From Lytechinus pictus (Eukaryota), in assembly GCF_037042905.1 (NCBI RefSeq), contig NC_087250.1, positions 9,240,001-9,304,000 on the forward strand: a stretch of 64,000 nucleotides of DNA. Reading direction: 5' to 3'. Position numbers and translations under genes: made by a program. Below the pieces are notes generated by a model that saw only the letters and a program-made list of their open reading frames with translations, was not told the origin of the DNA and made no database searches. Shown here piece by piece: positions 31,382 through 44,585 of this stretch; positions within the stretch are counted from its first letter, which is position 1, and every line of letters begins with the position of its first letter.

Positions 31382-32528
31382 TCTTTTGTTTACTCCTACA
31401 CAAACGATATGCCTCTAGCACACAATGCAATAGGCATTATGTTTTATTTTCCCCAGAAATGGGGATAAGATTCAAATTCCCGGGGGGACCACTTCCATTG
31501 ATGAGTGGATACCAGGCACGACCATGCGGTTTCGAAAAGCACCCTAAACAAGGGAAGCAACGCTTTTCCAGATTATGAAAATGCATCCGATGTTAAGGCT
31601 TAACAAGTATTTGGAAGTATTTGGCTTGTGAAACCCTACAAGTATTGGAAATATATCACTTTTTTCAGTATTTTAAACATCGTTTTTGGCACCCTTATAA
31701 CGTTACAAAGGCCTATACGCAACGTACTTGCCCACTTTGTCCCCTTTTAAGCTTGGTCGCGCCTGGTATCCACTCATCAATGGAAGTGGGCCCCCCGGGC
31801 GGCCTCTCTTGCTCTGGGAGGAACCAAATGTGGCTCTGGAAAGTCGTCCTAGATCGGATATATCGCTGTTACCATAGTAGCAAACAGAATTTTGCACACG
31901 AAACGCATTTTGAATGATTCCGTTGCAGATGCGAAACGAAAATAAAATCTCATGTCACACAATTTGCATTGCAGGACAAGGTTTCACGACCATAACGACG
32001 GGCCCAAAAGTATTTTCCAAAATCAACTAACGTCGTAAATAAGCGTTCGGGAAAGGTCGGGAATGTCTTTTCCTCGGACGTGGTGTCAAATAATTTAACT
32101 TGTTTATTTTGATAAATTTATATATTTAGCCTTTGGTTTGCACTTATTATTAAGAAAACATTTACATGTAGGCAACGGTTCACCTCGGGGTTCTCTCTCA
32201 GGTGCATAAATATGATTAAAAAAACGCGAACGCACTGGTAAAGCAAACGCTTAAGCTACTCTGGTAGAGCTTGAAAAATAAAACAAGTGCTTAAACGCAC
32301 AAGCGTAATGCTCGCTTAATGCCTACGCTTTTTAGCAAAAGCTTAATCGTCAAGGAAATACTAGCAGTCATTTAGCGATTGCTTGACCTTACTAGCAAAA
32401 GCATTTGCTCGTTCATTTGTATGCATACGGAATCAAGCAAAAGCCTAGAACAAGCAATTGCTGCTTTCTATTCATTTGACCCATGACCTCATAACAGCTT
32501 CGAATCGTGCAGGTTCTTCCCCCCTTAA

Positions 32529-32921
32529 AGCTAAATGATAGTAGTTGCAGTAAAACACTAATTTCGTGAGAAAGTCTGTAAAACCAAGGTTAAGTAAGAC
32601 TATATCATCGTGGATCTAGATCTGGTACAGTTACATAAACTGAACTTTGTGAAATCATAAAATCTAAGCTGAAATACGATCACACTGAAAATCGCCAACA
32701 CAGATAGGCACACGTGGGACAGTGTATTATTATTGCTGGAATAAAGACCCGACGGAAGTGACCGAATCCGCGCTTATTTTGCTTATTTCTCAGCAGTTAC
32801 ACAATTTCTTCCAGAATCCTTTGGCACATATTTTTTTTTTCATACAAACAGATACTTGGGTGGTCATTATATTAGATTCTGTAAAAAGTCATTTTGAGAT
32901 CGTTACCAGAACTGGAATTTA
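32529..32921 (+). mobile_element. ~390 bp TTAA-flanked MITE
   Basis: ttaa|agctaaatg start; highly similar reverse-complement copy at 33443-33835. Confidence 0.75.
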
Positions 32922-33059
32922 TCAAAATTGTAACCAGCACGAAGGTAATTATGTGTTCAACCAATTTTGATCAATATTTTACCCAATGGGGGAAGCATAT
33001 TCATATTGTCCAGTAAGGTGATAGTTGGGTAGATATGATCAAAGTTATTGCATGAACGT

Positions 33060-35370
33060 CAAGTTGGATATGACTTGCTGGAAGTTCTGGTATATATGGG
33101 GTGTCTACTTCAAGAATCCGACGGGTGCCACCTCGGCACACTTGGGCATTTTTTTATTGACGTCATAGGCAGGCCCATTATTTCACATACCTCTTGAATA
33201 TGAATTTCATATCTCAAGCAATAAACATGTCATGTTTGGTATCAAATTAAAGCTAATGAAAAATCAAGTGTAAATTTATGAATCACTGGACATTTAAATC
33301 ACGCACAGGTTAGTTTAAGGTCGTTTAAGTTCATAGAAGGTCAAATTGCCTAGGAAATGTAAGTCATACATACAATGTGGAACATATCATGTTTTAAATA
33401 CAAACAAGTTAGATATTATGTGAATGTATTGGCAAAGGTTAAAGGTAAATTACAGTTTTTGGAACGATCTCAAAATGACTTTTTACAGAATGTAATATAA
33501 TGATCGCCAAAGTGTCTGTTTGTATGAATAAAAAATATGTCCCAAAGGATTCTGGAAGAAATTGTGTAATTGCTGAGAAATAAGCAAAATAAGCGCGGAT
33601 TCGGTCACTTCCGTCGGGTCTTTATTCCAGCAATAATAATACACTGTCCCACGTGTGCCTATCTGTGTGGGCGATCTTCAGTGTGATTGTTTTTAGCTAG
33701 ATATTATGATTTCACAAAGTTCAGTTTATGTAACTGTACCAGATCTAGATCCACGATGATATATCAATAGTTTACCTTGGTTTTACAGACTTTCTCACGA
33801 AATCAGTGTTTTACTGCAACTACGTTCATTTAGCTTTAAAATGAGGGTGTGCATATAAAAAATCCGACCGGTGCTACTTTGGCATCTTGAGGAATTTTAT
33901 TTTTGGCACGTCATAAACCACACCAGCTTTCTTATATTCCTCTTAGATATTAAGCGGAATAAACATATCATGTTGGATATCGAATTAAATCAAATTCATA
34001 ATAAAATCCACATATATGAATCACTAGGTATCTAAAACTTTTCCAGGAAAATTAAAGGACATTTTAAGGTTATAACAGGTCAAACTTGGCCACCAATGCA
34101 ATTAATGCAACATTAACAGATTTCCATGAATACTTTCTGTTACTTTCTGTTGTTATAAGTTTATTAGTGATTTTGATTTATTTTTACTTTTATGTATTAC
34201 ATTTTTCTTTCTCATTGATTATTATGTTCCTTTTGTTGACGATTTTTATGTGATATTGTTTTGTTATGTTTTTAATTTATGTTGATACAGGGCCCCTTGG
34301 TCGAGCAGTTCTTATAACTGAAAGGGCTACCCTGTTAAATAAAACGACAAATAAAATAAAAATAAATAAATATAATGTGGAATATCTCATGTTTGGTTGC
34401 GGGTGTGTATATTAAGAATGTGACGGGTTCTACCCCCTCACCCTTTGGCAATTTCTATTTTCTGACTTCGGCCGTCGAATCATATATTTCATAGTTCATA
34501 CTACAAGTGTGAATCGAAGTAACACAGCTCTGGCAGAGGCATGTAGTGGAGATTGTTGGTGAAGGGGAATTCTATGATCATCTGGTCGAAGAGGAATGGT
34601 ACAGAGGGTAGTTGTGAGAGGAATATAATTTGTGTATAATTTGTGTAGATTATTTGGAACTACATGAAATGATTTGATACAAAATGATATATTAAACGTT
34701 ATGTTTAAAGTCCTGTTAAACTCGCGCAATCATCAACCTTTCATGCGTGTAAATGACCAAAAGGTCACCTTTACATCTTCTTCACCTTTTCTAACCTTTA
34801 AATGTACATTCCACTTTCCATAGGCTTTAATTTAATACCAAATATGAAATGTTTATTGTGTACACTAGATAAGTCATAATTAAGAGGTTGACCTATGTTA
34901 TGTATGTGAAAGGGATGGCGTGGTTCATAACGTCAAAAAATAACGTTGCCCAAGTTTGCAAAAGGAGCCTTCGTCAGGTTCTTAATCTGCACATCCTCAA
35001 CTTAACGTTCAGCCAAAAATAGACCTACATAAATAATGCCCAACTTGTTTGTATTCCAAACATACTATATTCCACACTATATGTTGCATTGGGCCCTACT
35101 TACATTTGTGATCCAATTTGACCTTTTATGACCTTAAATGACCTTTAATAGCTCTGGACGCGTTTTAAAAGCGTAGCGATTCATATTATGTGGACTTTAT
35201 TTTGCACTTTATCTAATGTGATTTCAAACATGGTATTCCGCTAAATAGGAGAGTCATATTTAAGAGGAATGTAACTGAAAGTTGGTGTGATTTTTGACGT
35301 CAGAAAAATAAAATGCCTCAAGATGCCAAGGTAGCATTCATCGGATTCTTAATATATGCACACCCTCAAA
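33060..35370. mobile_element. Older foldback-type element with tandem subunits in both arms, hosting later insertions
   Basis: gagggtgtgcatataaaaaatccga (33843) is inverted at tcggattcttaatatatgcacaccctc (35341-35367); direct subunit at ~33100; LINE 3' UTR fragment at ~34130-34370. Confidence 0.55.
33443..33835 (-). mobile_element. ~390 bp TTAA-flanked MITE, complete
   Basis: TTAA|AGGTAAAT...ATTTAGCT|TTAA. Confidence 0.8.
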
Positions 35371-35472
35371 CTTTAAACATAAATAACTTCGTTCTCATTT
35401 CATGTGGTGGCATACATGTATATTCAATTTGACATACCAGTATACATGTACAACATATACATGTACATTATA

Positions 35473-35714
35473 CACTGCAAAAACTCCGGTGTTGATTTAA
35501 CACTAGCCCGGAATCTATATATGCCCACATCGGAGAAGTATTTAAACAACACCAGTTTTGAATCAAACCGATGCTGTTTTAATACTAATTGGTGTTGTTT
35601 AAACACCTTTCTCGTGTAAGACCAAAACGAAACAGGTGTTGTTTAACACTTCTCTAGTGTGGACATATATAGATTCCGGGCTGGTGTTAAATCAACACCG
35701 GAGTTTTTGCAGTG
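35473..35714. mobile_element. CACTG-ended MITE with TA target duplication
   Basis: TA|CACTGCAAAAACTCCGGTGTTGATTTAACAC...GTGTTAAATCAACACCGGAGTTTTTGCAGTG|TA. Confidence 0.9.
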
Positions 35715-36625
35715 TATCGAATTTATGAGGTAGCATACCTCCCATTTGACAAATCATCATGAAAGATATAGTATATCATGTAACATGAAATCATTAAACC
35801 ATTTACAGATTTATTGCAATGGCGGAAGTGTGACAGGCTGCGATTCCATGGTTCAAGGTTATACAAAACGCATGGTAACCGAAGGGCCACAGGTTGCGTA
35901 ACCATGAATCTGTGCCCAACCCAGAGGCCCGGGAAACAGTTACCTGGGACATTTATTTGTTCCTACGCAAGATCTGGTAATCGCAGGCTAAACCCGCCGT
36001 CAATTCGTGGCGCTCTGGGCAATATTGAAAAATAATTCTATTCAGTTCGGAAATGGAACAAAAGATCAACCCCCTCAATTGCAGACTTGAAAATGGTGGA
36101 ACTGACCACCATGTTTGCCAACAAGCAATTCCAACATTTTACCTTTGACAAAACAAAGCAAGTGAACGGTTAACATGGTAAACCAACTTTACAAGATAAA
36201 CAAAACGTGTATAAATAATAAAAAATGCATGAAATGAAGGGAAAACATTTCCTTACAAATTCAGGTGAGTATGAAACAATCTTAAATGTTAATTTATTCA
36301 AATTTTATGCAAATTATTTGTAAAGACATATATCTTATCATATCTCGACATATTATTGTCAAAAAATTTTTTTTTTCCCACATGTGCCACTTGTACAAAC
36401 AGCATTGATTCTTGGTAGGATGTCCCGATACCAGTGACTGGAATCATATTACATAATGCTGAGTTATGCAAATTAATGCAAAATCACACTATTCACTGTA
36501 ACCTCAGACCTAAACTTTTCCAGAAGCCTGTTTTTTTTTTTTTTGGCATTCATTTTGATGGGGCATTAAATCTAGATCGATTTCAATAAAATTGTGGAAT
36601 GAGAATCAATTTGTAATGTTAATTC

Positions 36626-37254
36626 AAGGTCAGGTCCACCCTAGAAAAATGTTGATTCAAATAAAAAGAGAAAAATCAAAGTAACAGAACGCTGAAAATG
36701 TCATCAAAATCGGACGTAAAATAAGAAACTTAAGACATTTTAAAGTTTCCCTTGTTTTTCACAAAACAATGATATGCACAACTCAGTGACATGCAAATGA
36801 GACAGTCGATGATTTCCCTCACTCACTATTTTTTTAATTTTTTTTTGAATTATACAATATGTCTTTTTTTACAGATTTGACAATAAAAACCAACTTGTCT
36901 TGCCATAGAGTACTGAAAGAATGAATTGATTGTTGTTTCACTTGAACATGAGGAGAAAGGAATATTTCATATTTCACAATTTAGGTACAAAATACATTTC
37001 ATCATATTCAAGATATACCTTGATCCATGTGATAAAATACAAAATAAATAGTGAGATAGTGATTTCATCATTCCTCTCATTTGCATCCGATCAGGATGTG
37101 CATATAATTGTTTTTCTGGAATTAAATCAAATATTTAACTGTCATAACTTTCGTACTTTACATCCGATTCTGATGAAAGCTTCACTGTTATCCGTGTTGG
37201 AATATTTATTTTCTCATTCACATCTACTTTTTCTTGGGAAGGACCTGCCCTTAA
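36626..37254. mobile_element. Kolobok-like MITE
   Basis: aaggtcaggtccacc...ggacctgccc|ttaa; colinear with 57826-58420. Confidence 0.75.
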
Positions 37255-37277
37255 ATATTTGTTCGTAAACCGGGGGG

Positions 37278-37548
37278 GGGGGCGCTTCATAGAGCTGTTT
37301 CTAAGTTAAGGGGCCTGTTGCAGAAAGAGTTGCGTTTAAACGCAAATCGAAATATCAAGCGCAAGTCCCGAATACGGGTGTTTCATTGGAAAAAAATCAA
37401 GTTGCGCGAGATTTTTTGAGTTGCGTTCGATTGCAACTCTTTCTGCAACGGGTCTCAGAGCGACTTTAAGAACGACTGGTTATCCTTACATTGCCAAGGA
37501 ATATATCATTTACCACAAGAAAGGATCACCCACCAGTTTATGAACAGG
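37278..37548. mobile_element. Small MITE (family of 54743-54903) with a second MITE nested at ~37310-37457
   Basis: Inner TIR gttgcagaaagagttgc / gcaactctttctgcaac; outer halves match the 54743 element. Confidence 0.6.
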
Positions 37549-37668
37549 AGATGGTTACGAACGCCAGCAAACACATTTTCTTACTTGATCCATACAAAAC
37601 TAGTTTAAGGGAAACCGGTTAAAGAAAAAACACTAAGAACCGTGTCTATGTTTCTTTCCCTATTTCAG

Positions 37669-37797
37669 GTTCGGTTCTTCCTGATAGCATGTATCTTGTC
37701 AGTGGTGGGAAGTTTATCAGCTTGCGGGTACTTCTCCTACTACATCTACTTGTCCGTAATCCCAGGGATTGATTTCCAGCAGTGTGCAGATTGTCTG
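37669..37797 (+). CDS. MS4A/CD20-like protein, coding exon 4 (TM3 and loop: VRFFLIACILSVVGSLSACGYFSYYIYLSVIPGIDFQQCADCL)
   Basis: tttccctatttcag| acceptor, CTG|gtaaat donor, 129 nt, phase 0-0, hydrophobic helix. Confidence 0.88.
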
Positions 37798-37844
37798 GTA
37801 AATACAACGACTAGCAGTTATTGGGTCCTACTAATCAATACTTC

Positions 37845-37867
37845 TATACTACTACTACTACTACTAT

Positions 37868-37951
<84 letters not shown>

Positions 37952-38102
37952 CACTACTACTTTTATTACTAGCTGCTAGCCTGCTACTTCTTTCTAGCTG
38001 CTATGTATGCTACCACTGTATTCTACGTATTCTACCACTGTTCCTTCTACGACTACTGCTACTTCTACACTACTTCTACTACTACTGCTTCTACTACTAC
38101 TG

Positions 38103-38144
<42 letters not shown>

Positions 38145-38690
38145 ATAATAATAATAATAATAATAATATTGATAACACTACTACTACTATCACTTCTGTT
38201 ACAACACTACTACTACTATCACTTCTGTTACAACACTACTACTACTATCACTTCTGTTACAACTACTACTACTACTACTACTATTACTAGTACTACTACT
38301 AATGTTGTTACTACTAAAACTACTAGTACTTCTAATAATGATACTTTTACTACTATAACTACTACTACTTCTACTTTTTCGTAGCAGCAGGGACCAATTT
38401 GAAGCAGCGTGATGCAGTATGTTTGGTAAATGCAATGGCTAGCAGTTATTGGGTCTATAGTTATACTACTTCTACTACCAATACTACTACTACCACTACT
38501 ACTACCACTACTGATTTTACTACTACTGCTTTTACTACTACTGTTACTATCAAGGGGGTAGCTAGGGGCGGTGGGGCGGTCGCCCCCCAAAAAGAAAAAA
38601 GGAAGGGAGAATGAGAGGAGAAAAGGAAGAAAGGTAGTTATGTATGCTACTACTACCACTACTGCTTTTACTACTACTGTCACTATCAAG
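37845..38690. repeat. (TAC)n compound microsatellite just downstream of exon 4
   Basis: Read directly; same triplet as the 2-5 kb array but on the opposite strand. Smaller run at ~46500-46690. Confidence 0.95.
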
Positions 38691-41250
38691 CGCGTAGCTA
38701 GGGGCGGTGGCCTCCCCCCCCCAAAAAAAAAAAAAGGCCCCAAAAAGAAAAAAAAGAAGGGAGAAAGAGAGGAGAAAAGGAAGAAAGGTATAGTTATATA
38801 TATGTATATATATATGGCTTCCGCGCTTCGCGCGGCTAAATGGCAATATGTATATATATATTTGGCTTCCGCGCTTCGCGCGGTTAAATGGCAATATTGC
38901 AGTTCGTTTTGTTTTCCTCAACCTTTCTCTAACCCTGTGTTTCCGCCTAGGCTATAGGAATAGTGTGTTTCTTGCCATTTAAAGTTCAAATGTATACACT
39001 AGGGCATGGTGTCTGTGTTAGCACCATGATCAGGGCATGGAATTATAGAGTAAAATTAGGCCGAAGTATATGAAGTTATCTTTTTTTTCAAATTGCATTT
39101 ATTACTAAACAATCATAATTTGGGGGCAAACAGGTTTCTCATTTTAAAAGAGAAAGGTATGAAATTCGTGTTGTATTAAATAAAAAGTACAATATTTCTA
39201 TCAAATTCTTTGAAACTTATGTCATTTCCCTGCACCGGCATTCATCTCATGTCATGTTTTACGCACCCAGTTTGAAATGTTGAATGACATTTAACTTTCT
39301 TTGTTATTTAAAATGAAGCGCTTCAGGATGAGTTAAAGAAATTATACATCATCCTTTTTCTTATATAACTTAAATAAATCACATAATTCTGAATTTCTTG
39401 CGCTCTTTTTTCAATCTAATGAACTCCAATAGTCTTAGACAATCAATTGAATAAGAGCCGATGGGGTATTCGAGATATCTGCATTATTTTGATTAAACGT
39501 CCACCCTTTGAAATTTCAGAGTTTCGCTGCTCTGCGCGGATAGGAATATCTTCGTCCCGGTATTTCCCCTCTTCTCCTCTGTTCTGCGAGTTAAAGGTTA
39601 TACGCTGTCGCTAAATTGTTCGTAATCAAATCTGGGCCCCGTCTTACAAAGAGTTGCGATTGATCCGATCAATCGCAACTATGGAAAGCCATAATTTCCT
39701 GTAGAAAAAATTATGACACTGATGGATTTCCATAGAGTTACGATTGATTGAATCAATCATAACTCTTTCCACGGGAAGTATTCAATATAGCTTGGAGAAT
39801 ATCCTTTTCCCGGGACCCTTTTTCTTTTCCAAAAGAAATGATAAAATGCTTTAACTTCCGCGCCTCGCACGGGGTAATTACGGGGTAATTATTATTTGAA
39901 TTTGCTCCATTTTAACTTTTTTTGGTGCATTCACAATCAAGTTTGAAAACAAGATTCAAGATCACAATAAAGTCAACTGAATTGGAGCTGATCAATGTAC
40001 TAGAGACAAGAGAGACGGCTCCTTTTCATTCAAATTAATGAAACATCGGACTTCGCGCTTCGTGCGGGAAACTCCCCCTCCCTGCACCAACCCACCCTCG
40101 ATCTCGAGCAATATTCCCGCCGCAACTGTGTCAGGATTTTTGGAAACCCCGAGATTCGAGGAGAAAATCCTGACCGACTTGTACTGATGTACTCCAGAAG
40201 CGATTGAAACTCAACGTAACGTCAGCTGACATCAAAATGAGTCACCGCGTATATTAGGAAAGACGGATCCAGATCCTGGAAAACATCGTGCTCTGACAGT
40301 CAAGTTCGGTAGCTATCGTGCTAGAAAGCTGGTCATTTTATCACGCAGAAAGTTGACAGGATCACACATGCCCATACAAGAAGACCTGACTATGAAAAAT
40401 CAATCGCTGTACCGTCGTCTTCAAAAGAGCGAAATGACTAATAACAGCGTTCTAAATGCGTGGACCTATGGTGGAAGAATCTTTGCCGAAGTTAAAGCAA
40501 GTGATGGCAAGACAGTAACACTTGTCATCTGCACATAAGCAGATCTAGCCCGTCTGACACAGTGACTCTTTAAACGCCCCATCCTGCTTTTCCTAGTATA
40601 AATCATATACCCTTATTGTAGATATCCACTGGCAACCTTTGATTCCCTTCGCGATTCATCAAAAGATCAAAACATTTGTAACCCCAGATATTGCTATGTA
40701 TTTATCCTGGTGTTGTTGTTATTTTATTCTTATTAGAATATGCGTCTGCTACCAGTTCTGCATGCCATCACCATTCGGTACTAAAATATTGATTTTGATG
40801 CCACCGAAACTCTCCAGAATTTGCACTGCCTGTTTATATCATTTTCCTGATGTGTTACTTTTAAATGCAGAACTATTATGCTACTGTTTGATGTATCTTC
40901 TTGCTTTGTCATTACCTGTCGTGAATGATGAGAATAAATTACAGCTAGGAGGAGGCTGTATGCATGTAACACTAGAAGACTTTTCATATGAAAATGTAGG
41001 CAAAACAAATGTTTTTTCACTGCTGCATTTAAATTGCCGTAGCTTGTCAAAAACACTATGATGATATAACGTTTCTACTGTCAAGTTTTAAAAATTATTC
41101 TGGTCCTTTAGCATTTACTGAAACATGGTTGGACAAGGGTGAAATTAATATTCATTGATATAATACTGAGAGTAAATCACGAAATAATATAAAAGGTTGA
41201 GTTGCATTTGCCATGAAAAAAAATGTAAGATATGTCATGCGTAATGACAT

Positions 41251-42799
41251 TGTTGGGGCCGAAGTCGGCCGCAACCATTCACTCATCAAGGGCGACAAGA
41301 GGACAGATGAGAGCGATAGGACAGGCAGATGTGTTGTGTAGTGTTTATTAATCATAAACAGAATAAAAAAACGGAAAAACGGGAAAACCCCTGCATTGTA
41401 CAGAAGACAAAAGAAAACATCGTGAGTATAAAATAACATAAATTGTTACAAGTTGTATCATCAGTTATCAGACTTCTGTACAAAGTAAGTAGTTCAATTA
41501 AAGTAAATTGATATGGAATATCAATTGTAGTTATTTATCCCAAACAATGTAGAAATTATTATCATATAATATCATAAATTGTCGTAATACAGTATTCATT
41601 ATCATATAATATTATAAATTTCATCTTCCGGAAAGGAAAAACACCTGAAATTATGACATCAAAGTATTTCTGACTCGGATTGTCATATGTTAGAATTTAG
41701 CGTAAATCACTAGGTTAAATAACTCACCCTAGTATAATAAGGTCCCAGGAATATATGTCTCCTGGTCAGCTGCGCCCATGGTCAGCAGCCATGAATACTC
41801 AACAGCCTCTATATCAGCGGCTATAAAAAGGAATAGATCCGTTATCTAGTATGTATTTCAACATATAAATCGTTACTTCAAAAACCCAACAATTAATTTC
41901 GCAAGACCAAAGCGGGTCTGATATTTAAGACTAAGCATCAATCTAAATATTGTAAGCAAAGATCGCAAAGAGTACGCTTACGTACAAAATTATACATTCC
42001 ATCGTTTGGTGAATGAATTTAAACATGTCATATAAAAAATGCAAAGTGATTAAATATCATCACTGTCAATCACATAAGCTGCATGAAATATTAAGCAGTT
42101 TATTTCGTGGTACATAGTAAATATTAAGGTGTGTTCAAAGATTCAAAAGTTATAAGCTGGATATACATAATGACACAATTAAAAATGTAAAACAGTGTGT
42201 TTTCTAACACTACTTTGTCCGGCTAGAAATGAACAATCCCATAGAAATAAGAATATTTTCCGAGTAACGAGATCCTATAAATTCCAGCAAAGTAAAACAT
42301 ACATCAGATAAAAATCAATTAACATACCTGGTAAATAACAACTGCAAACCTACAGTCAAAAGCTAATGTGCAGCTTCTAAAAGGGTCAACAAGCCGCGAC
42401 GACGTCGTTTTGAGTTGTGCGCGGGATAATGTCACTGCCCAGCTACCGGGCCTTGCCTAATATATCTCCGCATTTAGATATTAATGACGTCACACTCTAA
42501 TGCATCAAAATATGATATGCTAGTGAATATTAATTTAAATCGACATTAATGTGTAATATATATATGCATATTTATATTCATGCATCTATGTCCAACAGTT
42601 GTATCATAATACATGTTTTTAAAAATAATAAAGGGGAGGACTATTTTTCCTCGGCGGGATGACACTAGACCCACGTGACCCAAAAGTGATTAGGTTTCGC
42701 GGTCTGTGATAAAATTTTACCACACCCGAATTGGTCGTAGGGTGGTCAAAAATAGATAAATCAAACAAAAAAAATTAAGAAATTAGTTTGGTCACTACA
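41251..42799. mobile_element. Solo LTR (TG...CA, 4-bp TSD; Gypsy-like)
   Basis: ACAT|TGTTGGGGCCGAA...TTTGGTCACTACA|ACAT; removing it restores the host LINE reading RNDI...GESLFLE. Confidence 0.75.
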
Positions 42800-43300
42800 A
42801 CATCTTAGTATAAGGTGAAAGCCTTTTTCTTGAAATGTTGAAACCCGGAAAGAACTTTAACATTGGTGATCAATCACATGCACATTTGCATGTGGATACT
42901 TAAGGAAATATATTTGCTACAGTTAACGAGAAAAATATCTTTCTAGGAGACTTTAATATTGAGTTCTTGCAATGAGTTGCTTGAATTGTTTTATCCATCT
43001 GGCTTTTTCCCTTTTCGCTGTATTACAAAACCAAGAAAAACTCCACAGCTTCATTGATTGACAATTTATTTACAAATAGCATGTGCAATATTTCCAAAGG
43101 AGTATTAACTTGTGATGAATCTGATCATTTACCATTATTTGCCATGTTTGATTTTAAAGGTATACATGAAAACAAACCGGTTGCATATATACATCAAATT
43201 AATGATATCGATATACTATTTTTTATGTTTTATTTTCAACTGATATTGATCATCTTCTCTGCAGATGATAAAAATAATGATCAAAATAGAGCCAAATTAT

Positions 43301-43542
43301 ACACTGTAAAAATTGTGGTGTTAAAACTGACACCAATTGGTGTTAATAGAGGACCACACCCAGAGGTGTTAAAATAAATCCCTAGAGATTGAACATAACA
43401 CCAAAGAGTGTAAATGTAACAACCATAGGTGTTGTAATAACACCTATAGGTGTAAAACTAACACCACCAATTTAGCACCGGTGTAAAATAACTGGTGTGG
43501 TCCTCTATGTACACCGGTTAACACCACATTTGTTTTTCTGTG
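43301..43542. mobile_element. CACTG-type MITE (related small ones at ~43992-44157 and ~46352-46490)
   Basis: ta|cactgtaaaaattgtggtgttaa...ttaacaccacatttgtttttctgtg|ta. Confidence 0.65.
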
Positions 43543-44585
43543 TACGTATTAACAATTTATGGAGGTTTTTTTTCTCAGACTTACAATAAATGTCTTCCTC
43601 TCAGACGACTTAGATTTAAAAAAAAACTTAAGCCATGGTTTAAACATAGAAAATAAAGAGATGTGTTAAACAATAATTTATATTAAAAACATATTAAATT
43701 TCTACATTATACAGAAAAGAATCTTAAACTAGATTTCGAATGTTTATTCAAAACAGATACGTGATGCCAAAGGAGATTACTACTTTTCTAAGTTTCATAT
43801 GTTCTAAGGAAACATTAATAAAACATTGAATACAATTATACCTCTGTATCTTAATGTCACGGTACACTTATTAGTGAATCCAAGAAGATCGCTGATGGTT
43901 TCAATGATTAAAAAAATATTGGTCATAAAATAGCAGGAATGAATGTTAGTAAAACTTGCAACAACTTTGCATCATTCTTGGGAAACAAGTTCACTGTAAA
44001 AAATGAAGTGCTAATTTAGCACTTACAGTGCATGTGTAGTGACCGCACTACGAGTGCTGATTTTCTAGTTAAAATTTTAACTAGAAAATCAGCACTCGTA
44101 GTGCAGTCACTATACAAGCACTGTAAATGGTGAATTAGCACTTTATTTTTTACTGTGTTGTCCCCACACAACTTATCGTTTTACCTATCACAGAAAGATA
44201 TATATATATATACATATATATATATACGTATATATGATTTTGCTTTGTCTTTCAAAAGTGGAAAAGCTTCTGGTTTTTTACTCTATTGATTGCACCGTTG
44301 TTAAGAGAGTTATACATTTTATTTCTAAACCACTTTGCAGTATTTTTAATTTATGTATTAAAAAGGGTATTGTAACTCAAAGTCTGAATATTGCTAAAGT
44401 TATCCCTATACATAAAATGGGACCAAAAGATTTATTTACAAATTATAGACCTATTTCCTAACTACCCCCTTTTTCGAAAGATTAATCTATACATCTATAT
44501 TTTTCAAACCAACAGAAATAAACAAAGATATAATATTAGAAATTCAGCGGATACTCGTCCGATATTATTCTTTTTACAACAATAT

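Larger units (their letters stand above)
27756..32482. mobile_element. ~4.7 kb foldback (almost wholly palindromic) non-coding DNA element in intron 3
   Basis: GGGTCAGTTGCATA...TATTCATTTGACCC ends. Arm pairs: 27756-28700 / 31380-32482, 28890-29105 / 29810-30020, 29330-29475 / 29565-29725. Confidence 0.85.

Noticed and set aside
41251..42597. Shorter LTR ending at CCAACA (perfect 6-bp inverted end)
   Set aside because: No target duplication; the 42799 end gives an ACAT TSD and restores the host LINE reading.
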